From positions 14,165-78,164 of the forward strand of contig JBBTUG010000012.1 in assembly GCA_038063895.1 (NCBI GenBank): a stretch of 64,000 bases of DNA. Reading direction: 5' to 3'. The notes below the pieces were generated by a model that saw only the letters and a program-made list of their open reading frames with translations, was not told the origin of the DNA and did not search any database. The stretch is from Patescibacteria group bacterium (GTDB taxonomy: Bacteria; Patescibacteriota; WWE3; JAMCXX01; JBBTUG01). Position numbers and translations under genes: made by a program. Below are positions 28,746 to 37,892 of this stretch, piece by piece (positions within the stretch are counted from its first letter, which is position 1; each line of letters begins with the position of its first letter).

Positions 28746-29096
28746 TCATGGTTTCAACCGTTTTTGACGATTAATGGCGGCGGCATAGGTAAAAGCGTAA
28801 AAATAAGTGTGCCAAAGTTGGTCGGAAGATTTCCAGGTGTTCTCCCCGAAAAAATAATCGACTAAAGTTTCTCGCAGCCGGGCAAGCTCCTTCAGACGGG
28901 AACCGATTTTAGTCGCCTGCAGCGATAAATCCAATAGTTCCAATGCCCGGAAGAAAGCCGTTTGACTGTACTCCGGATTGCCTTTTTTCTTCCACGAAAT
29001 TGCCCGCTCAACCTCAGAGCCAACGTTGGCTAATTGCTCCACTATTGTCATTTCTGCCCACCTCTCAAGCGTAAGGTGTTTGTAATATCTGGTCAT
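28746..29096 (-). CDS. Conserved hypothetical protein
   Basis: EQLANVGSEVERAI.W, RALELLDL, ELARLRE.LVDYF. Confidence 0.75.
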   Translation of the reverse strand: MTRYYKHLTLERWAEMTIVEQLANVGSEVERAISWKKKGNPEYSQTAFFRALELLDLSLQATKIGSRLKELARLRETLVDYFFGENTWKSSDQLWHTYFYAFTYAAAINRQKRLKP

Positions 29097-29135
29097 GTCA
29101 CTTGGTTAGCAGCTTCAACATAATAAGTATCTCTA

Positions 29136-29519
29136 TCAAGAAAGTGGCTTAACCGCGACCATACTGATTTCCACTTTCGCTCCCAGCGGCAGTTCTTTCA
29201 CGCAGACGGTTTCCCGCGCCGGGAAGGGGTCGGAGAAGTAACTGCCGTAAATGGCATTGATCTGTCCGTAAACAGCCATATCCGTTACGTAAATCGTCGT
29301 TTTCACCACGTCCGAAAAGGAAACCCCGGCGGCTTCTAAAATAGCTTTTAGATTACTCATTATCTGGTGGATTTGCTCTTCAATAGTTCCCTCCAATAAC
29401 TGACCGGCGGTAGTCAGATAAATTTGACCAGAAGTAAAAACAAGATCTCCCACAACGACCGCTTGAGAGTACGGTCCAATGGCTTTCGGGGCTTCGGTTG
29501 TCTCAACTTTAATTTTCAT
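29136..29519 (-). CDS. ridA: RidA/YjgF family enamine deaminase
   Basis: APKAIGPYSQA, SGQI, VVKTT, PARETV.V..LP.GA.VEI. Confidence 0.9.
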   Translation of the reverse strand: MKIKVETTEAPKAIGPYSQAVVVGDLVFTSGQIYLTTAGQLLEGTIEEQIHQIMSNLKAILEAAGVSFSDVVKTTIYVTDMAVYGQINAIYGSYFSDPFPARETVCVKELPLGAKVEISMVAVKPLS

Positions 29520-29598
29520 ATTTTAGATGTCCAAAATAGATTATAATCGATCGGATACGGACTGTCATTTATCCCGCCGTCTTTATTGAGAAAATACG

Positions 29599-30291
29599 AT
29601 GAGAAGATTTTTTTCGCTCGTCAATAAAACTCCGCTGACGCGGATGCTATTTATCGAAATTTCGGCCGGACTAATCGTGAATATTGCCGTGTTACTTTTG
29701 TTTCTCTTTCTAACCCAGGACGTACTGGAAAAAGAAACCCGATCTTTCGACCTCGCCGCTTCGAACTTTATCTATGCCCTACGCACCCCGGCCCTAACCG
29801 TGATAATGAGTACCGTTACCAACTTGGCCGCTATTCCGTCGGGCTTTGCTCTGTCTTTGTTAGTAGTCCTACTGCTTCTTAAACACCACAAAAAGGAGTC
29901 CCTGGTTTTCTCTCTGGCTTTAGTCTTTGGCGGTGCCCTTAATTACTATCTGAAAATATTCTTTAAACTCCCCCGCCCCGATCTTTCCCCTTTGGTCGTG
30001 TTAGGGGACTTTACTTACCCGTCCGGCCACGCGATGAATAACTTAGTTCTCTACGGCCTACTGACTTATTACGCTTTTCATTTCACCAAAAGTAAGGCCC
30101 TGAGTATGGTGGCGGGAGGGCTGGCTTCGGGGTGGATACTGCTGATCGGCCTAAGTCGGGTCTATTTGGGAGCGCACTACCCCTCTGATGTCCTGGCCGG
30201 TTATTTAGCCGGCTTTTGGTGGCTGCTAACGGTTCTACTAATCGATAAAACAATCAGTCTCAGCAAAGAGGCAAGAAAGTTCCACGAGTAA
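29599..30291 (+). CDS. PAP2-family membrane phosphatase
   Basis: K.....PRP, YPSGHA, SRVYLGAHYPSDVLAG. Confidence 0.92.
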   Translation: MRRFFSLVNKTPLTRMLFIEISAGLIVNIAVLLLFLFLTQDVLEKETRSFDLAASNFIYALRTPALTVIMSTVTNLAAIPSGFALSLLVVLLLLKHHKKESLVFSLALVFGGALNYYLKIFFKLPRPDLSPLVVLGDFTYPSGHAMNNLVLYGLLTYYAFHFTKSKALSMVAGGLASGWILLIGLSRVYLGAHYPSDVLAGYLAGFWWLLTVLLIDKTISLSKEARKFHE

Positions 30292-30684
30292 TTAATTGGA
30301 TAATATATTTTCGTCTAAGAAATTCTTTAGAGCTGCTAAATCCTTTTTGTCAGGATCATAGCAGTATGCGGTAATGCCTACAGACTGGGCGCTTTTTACC
30401 GCCTCAAGGTTGTGTTCAAAATAGATGACGTCTTCAGCTTGAAGGTTAAAATATTTTAGCATTTGCTGGAAGTAGCCGGGATCCGTCTTGTCTGGATTAT
30501 GTTTGAGAGTGAAAAGCTCGTAAGGCAAATTTGTTAAGCCAAACTGTACCATCTGTCCGTCGTCGGCATTTGTTAAAATAATTTTCCGATTGGGATACTG
30601 TTCTAACAACTCTAACATTGGCTGGTAAACACCTTTTACCACAATGATAAAGGTGTCCACAGCATCCACTAAAATTGTTTTCAT
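30292..30684 (-). CDS. HAD-like hydrolase
   Basis: ILVDAVDT, ILTNA, PDK.DP.YF, AVKSAQSVGI. Confidence 0.75.
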   Translation of the reverse strand: MKTILVDAVDTFIIVVKGVYQPMLELLEQYPNRKIILTNADDGQMVQFGLTNLPYELFTLKHNPDKTDPGYFQQMLKYFNLQAEDVIYFEHNLEAVKSAQSVGITAYCYDPDKKDLAALKNFLDENILSN

Positions 30685-30700
30685 ATTGTTATTATAACAT

Positions 30701-31282
30701 TCAGCTGGTGAATAACCTTTTGGTTTTCTCCAACTTCTTTGGATTTTGTGCTTCCCTAAATAACTTTAATACGATTTCGGTATCTCTAAAATCGTCTTGA
30801 GCGGCTAATTTCAGGAACTCATCAAAGGAGAATGTTATTAAATTTATCTTTTCGCCTGAATCTACCTTTTGACCTTTAACTTTGTGACAGCCTTTCGCAA
30901 TGAACGTATAGCAAGCCCAATCTACTTTTCCGGAAATTTGTATTGCGTCCCAAAGGATAAATTCATCAGCCTTGAAACCGGTTTCTTCTAAAAGTTCGCG
31001 CTTGGCCGCTTCGAGAGGATTTTCTCCCTCATCAATCCGCCCACCAACTGTCCCTAGAAACGGCCGGCCGTCGGGTTGTTCCTGTTTTGAAAGAAGTATT
31101 TTCCCGTCTGAAGTTACCGGTAGAATGTTTACCGTATCCGGTCGTTTTACTTTTTCAAAGATTTTATTGTGGCCATCATACATTTTCTGCTCCCACTGAT
31201 AAACGTCAAATAACTTTCCTCGGAATACCCGTTTAGCGTTTTTCGGAATAGGTTGCCAGGATGGGGGCCGTTTGGTGTTCAT
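30701..31282 (-). CDS. NUDIX hydrolase (ADP-ribose pyrophosphatase-like)
   Basis: GGRIDEGENPLEAAKRELLEETG Nudix box. Confidence 0.92.
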   Translation of the reverse strand: MNTKRPPSWQPIPKNAKRVFRGKLFDVYQWEQKMYDGHNKIFEKVKRPDTVNILPVTSDGKILLSKQEQPDGRPFLGTVGGRIDEGENPLEAAKRELLEETGFKADEFILWDAIQISGKVDWACYTFIAKGCHKVKGQKVDSGEKINLITFSFDEFLKLAAQDDFRDTEIVLKLFREAQNPKKLEKTKRLFTS

Positions 31283-31394
31283 GTGAAAATTATGATCTAA
31301 TTCTGCAAGTTGGCGAAGTGTTGAATGGCTGGGGGAGTTTGGTTGAGGATTTTAGAACTCATGATATCGAAGAAATACTTCTACTTTAAGCGTA

Positions 31395-31727
31395 TTAGTG
31401 TCTTTCTTTATTTGTTATTCTTTCATCGAGATATTTCATCGTATTCAAAAACTCTTTTTCTATATCTACGTTGTATTTGGAAGCTAGCACAAGTAAAGAC
31501 CACAAACAATCTGAAAGTTCATGCGCCAACTCCTTATCTACGTCCTTGTCTCCAAGCTGCCTATACCCCTCCTTTGCCATTACTATTTTCATTAGTGCCC
31601 CTACATCACCTACAAATCCTTCCATTACTTGTTCTCTCCCCCACGCGGCACCGTATAACTCTTCCTCGAGTTTGTGGTATTTTTCCCTGACTTCAATACC
31701 CCTATCAATTAATTTTCGTAGTTCCAT
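31395..31727 (-). CDS. MazG-like nucleotide pyrophosphohydrolase
   Basis: GFVGDVGAL.K, LAHELSDCLWSLLVLA. Confidence 0.8.
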   Translation of the reverse strand: MELRKLIDRGIEVREKYHKLEEELYGAAWGREQVMEGFVGDVGALMKIVMAKEGYRQLGDKDVDKELAHELSDCLWSLLVLASKYNVDIEKEFLNTMKYLDERITNKERH

Positions 31728-31780
31728 AGATTAATCATAACAAATTTTCCTATATAACCAAACATCAGCTATTAAATATG

Positions 31781-31803
31781 TGGCTAGGGGATTTGGATTC
31801 GGT
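31781..31803 (-). repeat. Detached tRNA-like 3' end fragment
   Basis: CCGAATCCAAATCCCCTAGCCA resembles the 3' end of the neighbouring tRNA-Gln (CCGAATCCACGCCCCGCAGCCA); no matching 5' half seen. Confidence 0.55.
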
Positions 31804-31872
31804 CACGGATAAAAATCTGCTGATTTTTTCCTCGACTCCTCCTCCCCTTCAGATCACAGAACTACCGAAAGA

Positions 31873-31947
31873 TGGCTGCGGGGCGTGGATTCGGACCACG
31901 ATCTCCGGTTTCAGAGACCGGCGATACTACCGTTGATCTACCCCGCA
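31873..31947 (-). tRNA. tRNA-Gln(CTG)
   Basis: Cloverleaf TGCGGGG...CCCCGCA-G-CCA; anticodon arm CCGGT-CT-CTG-AA-ACCGG; T-loop reads TCCGAAT. Confidence 0.93.
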
Positions 31948-32837
31948 ATACACCTGAACTTTCTGAAAAATATCAACTTTTCAAACCTTCTAACTTCGGC
32001 CCTCTTTCTCAATCTCGTGGCTATATTTCGGTACTCCGGATGATAGTTTAACATTTCCAAGGCCTTACCAACATCTTTAAGAAGTTTCGGATTCCGATTC
32101 GCGAATTGGAAGTTATAAGTGCAGGTTGGTAAATGCACCGACAACGACCCCTCCGCCTCGAATAAACCTTTTAGTATCCAGACTAAGTACATCTCGGATT
32201 TCCAAGCCCAATAGGGAATTCCCGTTTCTGATTTCCCTCTGTCACCGGAAGAAATACCAAGACGCTCTGAAATTTGCTTCTGGTAAATCCGCCACTTAAC
32301 TCCGTTTCCTTTCCTAGCCAATGCCGGGGTTTTACTAAAAAAATGTTGCATCAGTTTTTTGGTGTAGTTAACAAGTTTCGGATACTTTACATTAAGAGCA
32401 ATCGTTAGTGACTCTGTGCGCGGAAATTTCTGAATGTGCCCATCGCCTAAAACTAAACCAATTAGAAAGGCCAGCTCTTTAGACCTTCTAAAGGACGGAT
32501 ACTTGTTGCGGATAAAGCCCTTTTTAATCATTTTAGTCCTCCAACGCGCGAAATTGTCGATGTGCCGCTTTCTCATCGTCTCGGAAATTTTTAGAACCCC
32601 CGGGTGAGTGTCCTTAGTAAAACCTGTACTCCAAGAAACGTTTCTCCCCTCAAGGCTTTTTCGCCACTTTTGGTAAAGACTGCTGGTTTTTGGATAAAGA
32701 CACGGCGGGGTGGCAAACCTAATGCTTTGCGAAGGAAACAAGACTTTATAAGCCCTAGGGCTCAACTGGTGTTTAGATTTTAGATGGGTGCTGGAGATAA
32801 TACCAAATTTTTGGTGACAAAGCCGGCAAATAACCAT
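31938..32837 (-). CDS. LAGLIDADG homing-endonuclease-like protein with N-terminal C2H2-type zinc finger
   Basis: CRLC...HLKSKH; two LAGLIDADG helices LIGLVLGDG and LKGLFEAEG; stop codon lies within tRNA-Gln. Confidence 0.85.
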   Translation of the reverse strand: MVICRLCHQKFGIISSTHLKSKHQLSPRAYKVLFPSQSIRFATPPCLYPKTSSLYQKWRKSLEGRNVSWSTGFTKDTHPGVLKISETMRKRHIDNFARWRTKMIKKGFIRNKYPSFRRSKELAFLIGLVLGDGHIQKFPRTESLTIALNVKYPKLVNYTKKLMQHFFSKTPALARKGNGVKWRIYQKQISERLGISSGDRGKSETGIPYWAWKSEMYLVWILKGLFEAEGSLSVHLPTCTYNFQFANRNPKLLKDVGKALEMLNYHPEYRNIATRLRKRAEVRRFEKLIFFRKFRCIAG

Positions 32838-32913
32838 ATTTCTACCACCTAGACGATCACCATCATATTAGCATAAACTAAGTGGAAAATACATTCTCCT
32901 GATAATTAACTAC

Positions 32914-32945
32914 TTGACAGCCAACCATAACATATATATAGTTAT
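32914..32945 (+). promoter_or_regulatory. Promoter with overlapping palindromic operator upstream of the MFS efflux gene
   Basis: TTGACA-17-TATAGT; ATAAC-ATATATATA-GTTAT inverted repeat (32927-32945) covers the -10. Confidence 0.55.
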
Positions 32946-32967
32946 CTATACGTTAATTGAGGAAAAT

Positions 32968-34251
32968 ATGGGTGAGGCTTTAAAAAGATTTAGGAAAAAT
33001 CCGCTGCAGGTGTTATTTTTTACCGTCTTTCTGGACATGGTCCGGTTCGGAATTCTAATTCCCGTCATTCCCGAGCTTTTAGCTAACCCGCATTCTCCTT
33101 ATTTTCTCCTCCCCCACGGACTAACAATTCAAAATGGCTATATCCTTTTAGGCTTTCTCACCGCCGTTTTTCCTTTAGCACAATTTTTCGCGACCCCGAT
33201 CTTCGGCCAATTATCGGATGTTTACGGACGTAAAAAACTACTGGTCATTTCTTTGGCCGGAACTTTTATCTCTTATCTTCTCTTCGCCTACGGAATTTTA
33301 ACCCGGAACTTGGGCTTACTGTTTTTTTCCCGCGCAGTGGACGGAGTGACAGGCGGGAATATTTCCGTCGCCCAAGCGGCCATCGCCGACGTGACCACTC
33401 CCGAAAACCGGGCAAAGAATTTTGGGATGATTGGAGCGGCTTTTGGTCTGGGATTTATCCTCGGCCCCTATATCGGCGGCAAGCTTTCCGACCCGTCGGT
33501 GCTGCCATTTTTCGACGCCACGACGCCTTTTTGGTTCGCCGCCGGACTAAGCTTACTAAATACTCTTTCCGTTATATTTTTCTTCCCGGAAACTTTAAAA
33601 CACGCTAAAGCTAAACTGGAACTGCGGATAACCGATTCCGTCCGAAATATCGCCAAGGCCTTTTCGCTGAAAGAAATCCGTCCCCTCTTTTTAACTTCCC
33701 TTCTTTTCCAGGGCGGCTTTACCTTTTTCGCAACATTCTTTCCGATCTTTTTAATCAACCGGTTCGCCTTTACGCAGGGTAACATCGGCGACTTATTTTC
33801 CTACATGGGCCTTTGGATTGCTTTTACCCAAGCGTTCATCACCCGCAAAATCGCCGCCCGTTACCGGGAAGACGAAACTTTAAAAATTACGCTTTTCGGA
33901 GTCAGTTTTGCCGTCTTAATATACTTTTTCCCGCATTCCTGGTGGCAACTGCTATTTATCGTCCCACTTATGGCCATCTTTAACGGCTTATCCAACGTCA
34001 ACCTGACAGGCCTTATTAGCCGCTCCGTTGGACCGAAAATCCAAGGCGAAATATTGGGAATTAACGCCAGTGTCCAGGCTTTAGCGCAAGCCATCCCCCC
34101 AATCCTTTCCGGCTACATCGCTGCGTCGCTAACGCCATCCACCCCGATTTTAGTTTCATCTTTCGTCCTTCTTTTAGCCGGACTGGCTTTCGTTTTCTTT
34201 TACCGTCCAGCTGCTAAAATTCATCCGGCTTTCCAGCCTACTTCAACTTGA
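32968..34251 (+). CDS. MFS drug:H+ antiporter (TetA/DHA1-like)
   Basis: GQLSDVYGRK motif A, SRAVDGVTGGN..VAQAAIAD, GAAFGLGFILGP.IGG motif C. Confidence 0.9.
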   Translation: MGEALKRFRKNPLQVLFFTVFLDMVRFGILIPVIPELLANPHSPYFLLPHGLTIQNGYILLGFLTAVFPLAQFFATPIFGQLSDVYGRKKLLVISLAGTFISYLLFAYGILTRNLGLLFFSRAVDGVTGGNISVAQAAIADVTTPENRAKNFGMIGAAFGLGFILGPYIGGKLSDPSVLPFFDATTPFWFAAGLSLLNTLSVIFFFPETLKHAKAKLELRITDSVRNIAKAFSLKEIRPLFLTSLLFQGGFTFFATFFPIFLINRFAFTQGNIGDLFSYMGLWIAFTQAFITRKIAARYREDETLKITLFGVSFAVLIYFFPHSWWQLLFIVPLMAIFNGLSNVNLTGLISRSVGPKIQGEILGINASVQALAQAIPPILSGYIAASLTPSTPILVSSFVLLLAGLAFVFFYRPAAKIHPAFQPTST

Positions 34252-34277
34252 CAACCAATACCCCCCTTAGGTATTGT
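34248..34277 (+). promoter_or_regulatory. Promoter with CsoR/RcnR-type operator
   Basis: TTGACA-18-TATTGT enclosing ATACC-CCCCTTA-GGTAT (TAC-C-tract-GTA pseudo-palindrome) directly before a CsoR-family gene. Confidence 0.7.
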
Positions 34278-34287
34278 GGGTTTATTG

Positions 34288-34554
34288 ATGAACCCTCTGA
34301 TTAAGAAGCGCAGTCTTCGCCGCCTAAAGATTATTTGCGGTCAGGTCCACGGGCTGGAGAGAATGATCGAAAACGAGTGTTACTGCATTGATTTGATCAA
34401 TCAGTCACTGGCCATCCGGGAAGCGCTCCTCAGTCTCGAAAAGCTAATCATGGAGAACCACCTCGCCACCCACGTAGTGGAACAGATTAAAGCCGGGCAA
34501 AGTAAAAAGGCGGTTAAAGAAGTCTTATCTATTTATAAGTTCGCTAATCGGTAG
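34288..34554 (+). CDS. csoR: CsoR/RcnR-family metal-sensing repressor
   Basis: RLKII.GQV.GL.RMIE...YC.D...Q..AI..AL...HLATHV. Confidence 0.88.
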   Translation: MNPLIKKRSLRRLKIICGQVHGLERMIENECYCIDLINQSLAIREALLSLEKLIMENHLATHVVEQIKAGQSKKAVKEVLSIYKFANR

Positions 34555-34568
34555 TTATAATTAATAAG

Positions 34569-35084
34569 ATGAAAATCGATAAAGGTCTGCTCACCATCGT
34601 CGGAGTTACTATCGCTCTTTTTGTGGCGCTGATTTCTATAGCCTCCCCAGGCAATAATAGTACTCCGCAGTTGCTTGGTGCTAGCCAGACATCAAATCAG
34701 GCAAATCCCTTAACCGCGACGGAATCATTTTTTGACTTCGGGACGGTTTCGATGGCAAAAGGTAAGATTAATCACACCTTTAAAATCACCAACCCGACCC
34801 AAAACGGAGTCAAAATCGGGAAAATCTACACCTCTTGTATGTGCACTACCGCCACCCTAATCAAAGACGGAAAACGTTTTGGGCCGTACGGGATGCCGGG
34901 ACACGCTGGTCTCGCGGCGGTGAATGAAACGATTGAACCGGGACAAGAGACAGAAATCGAAGTAGTCTTCGATCCAGCCGCTCACGGCCCTTCAGGCGTT
35001 GGTCCAATCGGGCGGGAAATAATTATTGAACCGGAAGGAACCACGCCCTTCAAACTCAGCTTCCGGGCCAACGTCACACCTTAA
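34569..35084 (+). CDS. Membrane-anchored DUF1573-like Ig-fold protein
   Basis: TM; FDFG.V, F.I.N, TSCMCT, GMPGH, I.PG...EIEV.FDPAAHGP.G. Confidence 0.78.
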   Translation: MKIDKGLLTIVGVTIALFVALISIASPGNNSTPQLLGASQTSNQANPLTATESFFDFGTVSMAKGKINHTFKITNPTQNGVKIGKIYTSCMCTTATLIKDGKRFGPYGMPGHAGLAAVNETIEPGQETEIEVVFDPAAHGPSGVGPIGREIIIEPEGTTPFKLSFRANVTP

Positions 35085-35095
35085 ATATTTATATT

Positions 35096-35878
35096 ATGAA
35101 CCGAAGATTAGTCGCTCTAATCAGCCTGGCCGCAATCTTTATTATTGTTCTTGTTCTGCTAAAAAACGGGCCGGCGGGGACAGTCTTTGTTTGGAATATC
35201 AGTCGCGGCGGGACATGGCTGTTGCCCCTAGTTATTGTCTCTTCCGTAATTGACAGCATCAATCCCTGCGCCTTTTCAATCCTTTTACTGACTATTGCTT
35301 TTTTGTTCAGCTTAAACCGGACCCGCGCCGATATCTTAAAAATCGGCGCCGTTTATATCTTCGGTATTTTCGTTATCTACCTTTTAATCGGAATCGGTCT
35401 GATTCAAGCCATGCATCTTTTTGGGACACCCCACTTTATGGCCAAAGTCGGGGCGTATCTGCTGATGGCGATGGGCCTCATCGGCCTTATCAATGAGTTC
35501 TTTCCCGCTTTTCCGATAAAACTGCAAATCCCCGCGAGCACCCATACCGGAATGGCCGTTTTGATGAAAAAAGCCTCTTTGCCGGCGGCGTTCCTGCTCG
35601 GTGCGGTGGTCGGCATCTGTGAGTTTCCCTGTACCGGCGGCCCTTATTTAATGATTCTCGGCCTCCTCCACGACAAGGCTACCTACATGGCCGGAACAGC
35701 CTATCTTTTCCTTTATAATGTGATCTTCGTTTTCCCGCTGGTCCTAATTTTGCTGCTCTCCAGTGATAAAACCGTTTTGAATAAAATTCAGACTTGGCGG
35801 AAACTTAATGTCCGGCCGATGCGTCTTTACGGCAGCTTAGCGATGATCATTTTAGGACTGATTATTTTATCTATATGA
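35096..35878 (+). CDS. CcdA/DsbD-like transmembrane electron transporter
   Basis: DSINPCAF and CEFPCTGGPY Cys motifs in TM segments. Confidence 0.82.
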   Translation: MNRRLVALISLAAIFIIVLVLLKNGPAGTVFVWNISRGGTWLLPLVIVSSVIDSINPCAFSILLLTIAFLFSLNRTRADILKIGAVYIFGIFVIYLLIGIGLIQAMHLFGTPHFMAKVGAYLLMAMGLIGLINEFFPAFPIKLQIPASTHTGMAVLMKKASLPAAFLLGAVVGICEFPCTGGPYLMILGLLHDKATYMAGTAYLFLYNVIFVFPLVLILLLSSDKTVLNKIQTWRKLNVRPMRLYGSLAMIILGLIILSI

Positions 35879-36405
35879 TTACCAACGAAGAACAATTTAA
35901 AAAAATAACGGAAAAAATCGAAGCGCTGAAAAAGGCCAACAAGTTTGATCTTTCACTGGACGAAGATTTAAGCCTCGCCGTAATGAACCTTATCAGTCTG
36001 GAGGAGCACTTCTTTTTTACCGCCGAAAAAACCGGCAAGCTTGGTTACCTCGCGTTGCTGAAAGAAACCCGGGAAATCCGCAAGGAGCTGATGGCCCGGC
36101 TCGTCGATAAAAATGAGGGGGAAACCTGGTGCATCAGCAAGCACCTATTGGCCGCGACCATGCGCCTGATTGAGGTCGGGACGAAACTTCAGACGGATAA
36201 CAAAGAGGAGGAAGCTAAAAAGATGTTTGCTTCAGCCTATCGGGTTTACGCCCTCTTTTGGGCGGTCCGGTTTAAAGTTATTGATCTGGCGGGTGTGAAA
36301 AAAATTCCGGAGACGATTATTAATAAAGACGATAAGAATCCGCAGGAAAAGCCGTGGACTTTTGAGGAGATCATCAATAAATTGGTTGATTGTTGCGATG
36401 AATAA
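35875..36405 (+). CDS. Conserved hypothetical protein with His/Cys motifs
   Basis: MNLISLEEHF, WCISKHLL, C-terminal DCCDE; translationally coupled. Confidence 0.75.
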   Translation: MITNEEQFKKITEKIEALKKANKFDLSLDEDLSLAVMNLISLEEHFFFTAEKTGKLGYLALLKETREIRKELMARLVDKNEGETWCISKHLLAATMRLIEVGTKLQTDNKEEEAKKMFASAYRVYALFWAVRFKVIDLAGVKKIPETIINKDDKNPQEKPWTFEEIINKLVDCCDE

Positions 36406-36841
36406 CCGTAAAATTAAAACTCTTTTTTCCAATCTCGCGGCCGTTGCCGTCGTCGTAGTGATCCTCGTCCTCGTTACCAGGCTGTTAAAAAACGATCCGG
36501 TGGGTGCCGTGGCCGGAGTCAAATTAAGTGAGTCTCAACTGACAACCTTCGCCGAATATTTAACGGAAAAGGGCGTCGTAATGTATGGCGCCTATTGGTG
36601 CAGTCACTGCCAAAACCAGAAACAAATGTTCGGTTCTGCCTTCCAATACATTACTTACGTCGAGTGCACGAAGGAAACGGAAAAGTGCGTAGCCGCAGGA
36701 GTTAAAGGCTACCCAACCTGGATCTTCCCCAAGGCTGATAAAGCGGGAGTCGATAAACTTGAGGGCGAAATCACACTTGATAAACTGGCCCAAACTGCAG
36801 GATACCAGTTTCCACCATCTGAAAATGAAACAAAAAATTAA
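36398..36841 (+). CDS. Membrane-anchored thioredoxin/glutaredoxin-like protein
   Basis: MYGAYWCSHC..QK..FG, YVEC, C...GVKGYPTW (VKOR-associated Trx-like domain). Confidence 0.85.
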   Translation: MNNRKIKTLFSNLAAVAVVVVILVLVTRLLKNDPVGAVAGVKLSESQLTTFAEYLTEKGVVMYGAYWCSHCQNQKQMFGSAFQYITYVECTKETEKCVAAGVKGYPTWIFPKADKAGVDKLEGEITLDKLAQTAGYQFPPSENETKN

Positions 36842-37880
36842 AAAAATATACACTGCCTTAAACGGACCGGCCAGGCTCTTTTTGTGGGTCGCAATGGCCG
36901 AATTGGCGTTTATTATCTTCTCGCTGTTTTTCGAGGTTAGGCTCGTTCCGAAAACCGGGCCGCTTTTTGTCTTCAATAAACTTGGGTTTATTAACCGTTC
37001 GGCCGTCAGTAACGATGTTGTTCTCGATTCAGCCAATCAACCAAATAGAAACAATCCTCCTTCTGCCCTCGACGGCCCTTCGGCTCCGGCTCCGGCGCCG
37101 TCTTCAGCCTCTGCAGCTGATCCTGAACTGGAAAAGAAAGTTCTTCCGAGTGAGGGCGCAGAGTTGCCGGTTACCTGGGGGGATCTCGGCCGGCGTTTAG
37201 TCGAAAGCGGGGTTATCGACCAAACGGCATTCGAAGGAACATATAATGAGCGGGGCGGGATGAGTCCGGAAATGAAAAATCTGCTGACCGGCAGTAATAA
37301 TGGAAAGTTAAAAATCACCGCTGAAAACTCCGGCTTCATTCTCAATCTCCTGTGGGCACTGGGTTTAGGCAACAAGAATGAAATTTTAGAAAAGGGCGAA
37401 ATGAACGACCCCCAATACGGGGGAGCCGGTAACTTTGCCTCAACCGGTGGCTGGTCGCTAGCGAAGGGAAAAGCGATGGATCACTACTCGAAATATTCTT
37501 TCATTAAGTTAACATCGGCTCAACAACAGTTGGTGGATAAAACCTCCCGGGGAATTTACCGCCCCTGCTGCGGCAACTCCACCCACTTCCCCGACTGTAA
37601 TCACGGAATGGCGATGCTGGGCTTATTAGAACTGATGGCTTCCCAGGGAATCGGTGAGACGGAGATGTATAAATACGCCCTGAAAGTTAATGCCTATTGG
37701 TTCCCTGACACTTATTTAACCATCGCAAAGTATCTACAGGCTCAAGGGACAACGTGGGAAAAGGCCTCCCCCCAGGAAATTCTCGGCAACAACTACTCCA
37801 GCGGGTCCGGTTACCAGCGGATCGTCAAACAGACTTCTCCGGTACAACCCCAGGGCGGGACGCCCGGTTGCGGAGTTTAG
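36825..37880 (+). CDS. Membrane-anchored hypothetical protein with Cys/His cluster
   Basis: TM, Pro/Ala/Ser linker, IYRPCCGNSTHFPDCNHGMAMLG, C-terminal GCGV. Confidence 0.75.
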   Translation: MKQKIKKIYTALNGPARLFLWVAMAELAFIIFSLFFEVRLVPKTGPLFVFNKLGFINRSAVSNDVVLDSANQPNRNNPPSALDGPSAPAPAPSSASAADPELEKKVLPSEGAELPVTWGDLGRRLVESGVIDQTAFEGTYNERGGMSPEMKNLLTGSNNGKLKITAENSGFILNLLWALGLGNKNEILEKGEMNDPQYGGAGNFASTGGWSLAKGKAMDHYSKYSFIKLTSAQQQLVDKTSRGIYRPCCGNSTHFPDCNHGMAMLGLLELMASQGIGETEMYKYALKVNAYWFPDTYLTIAKYLQAQGTTWEKASPQEILGNNYSSGSGYQRIVKQTSPVQPQGGTPGCGV

Positions 37881-37892
37881 GCAGCCTAAGCC

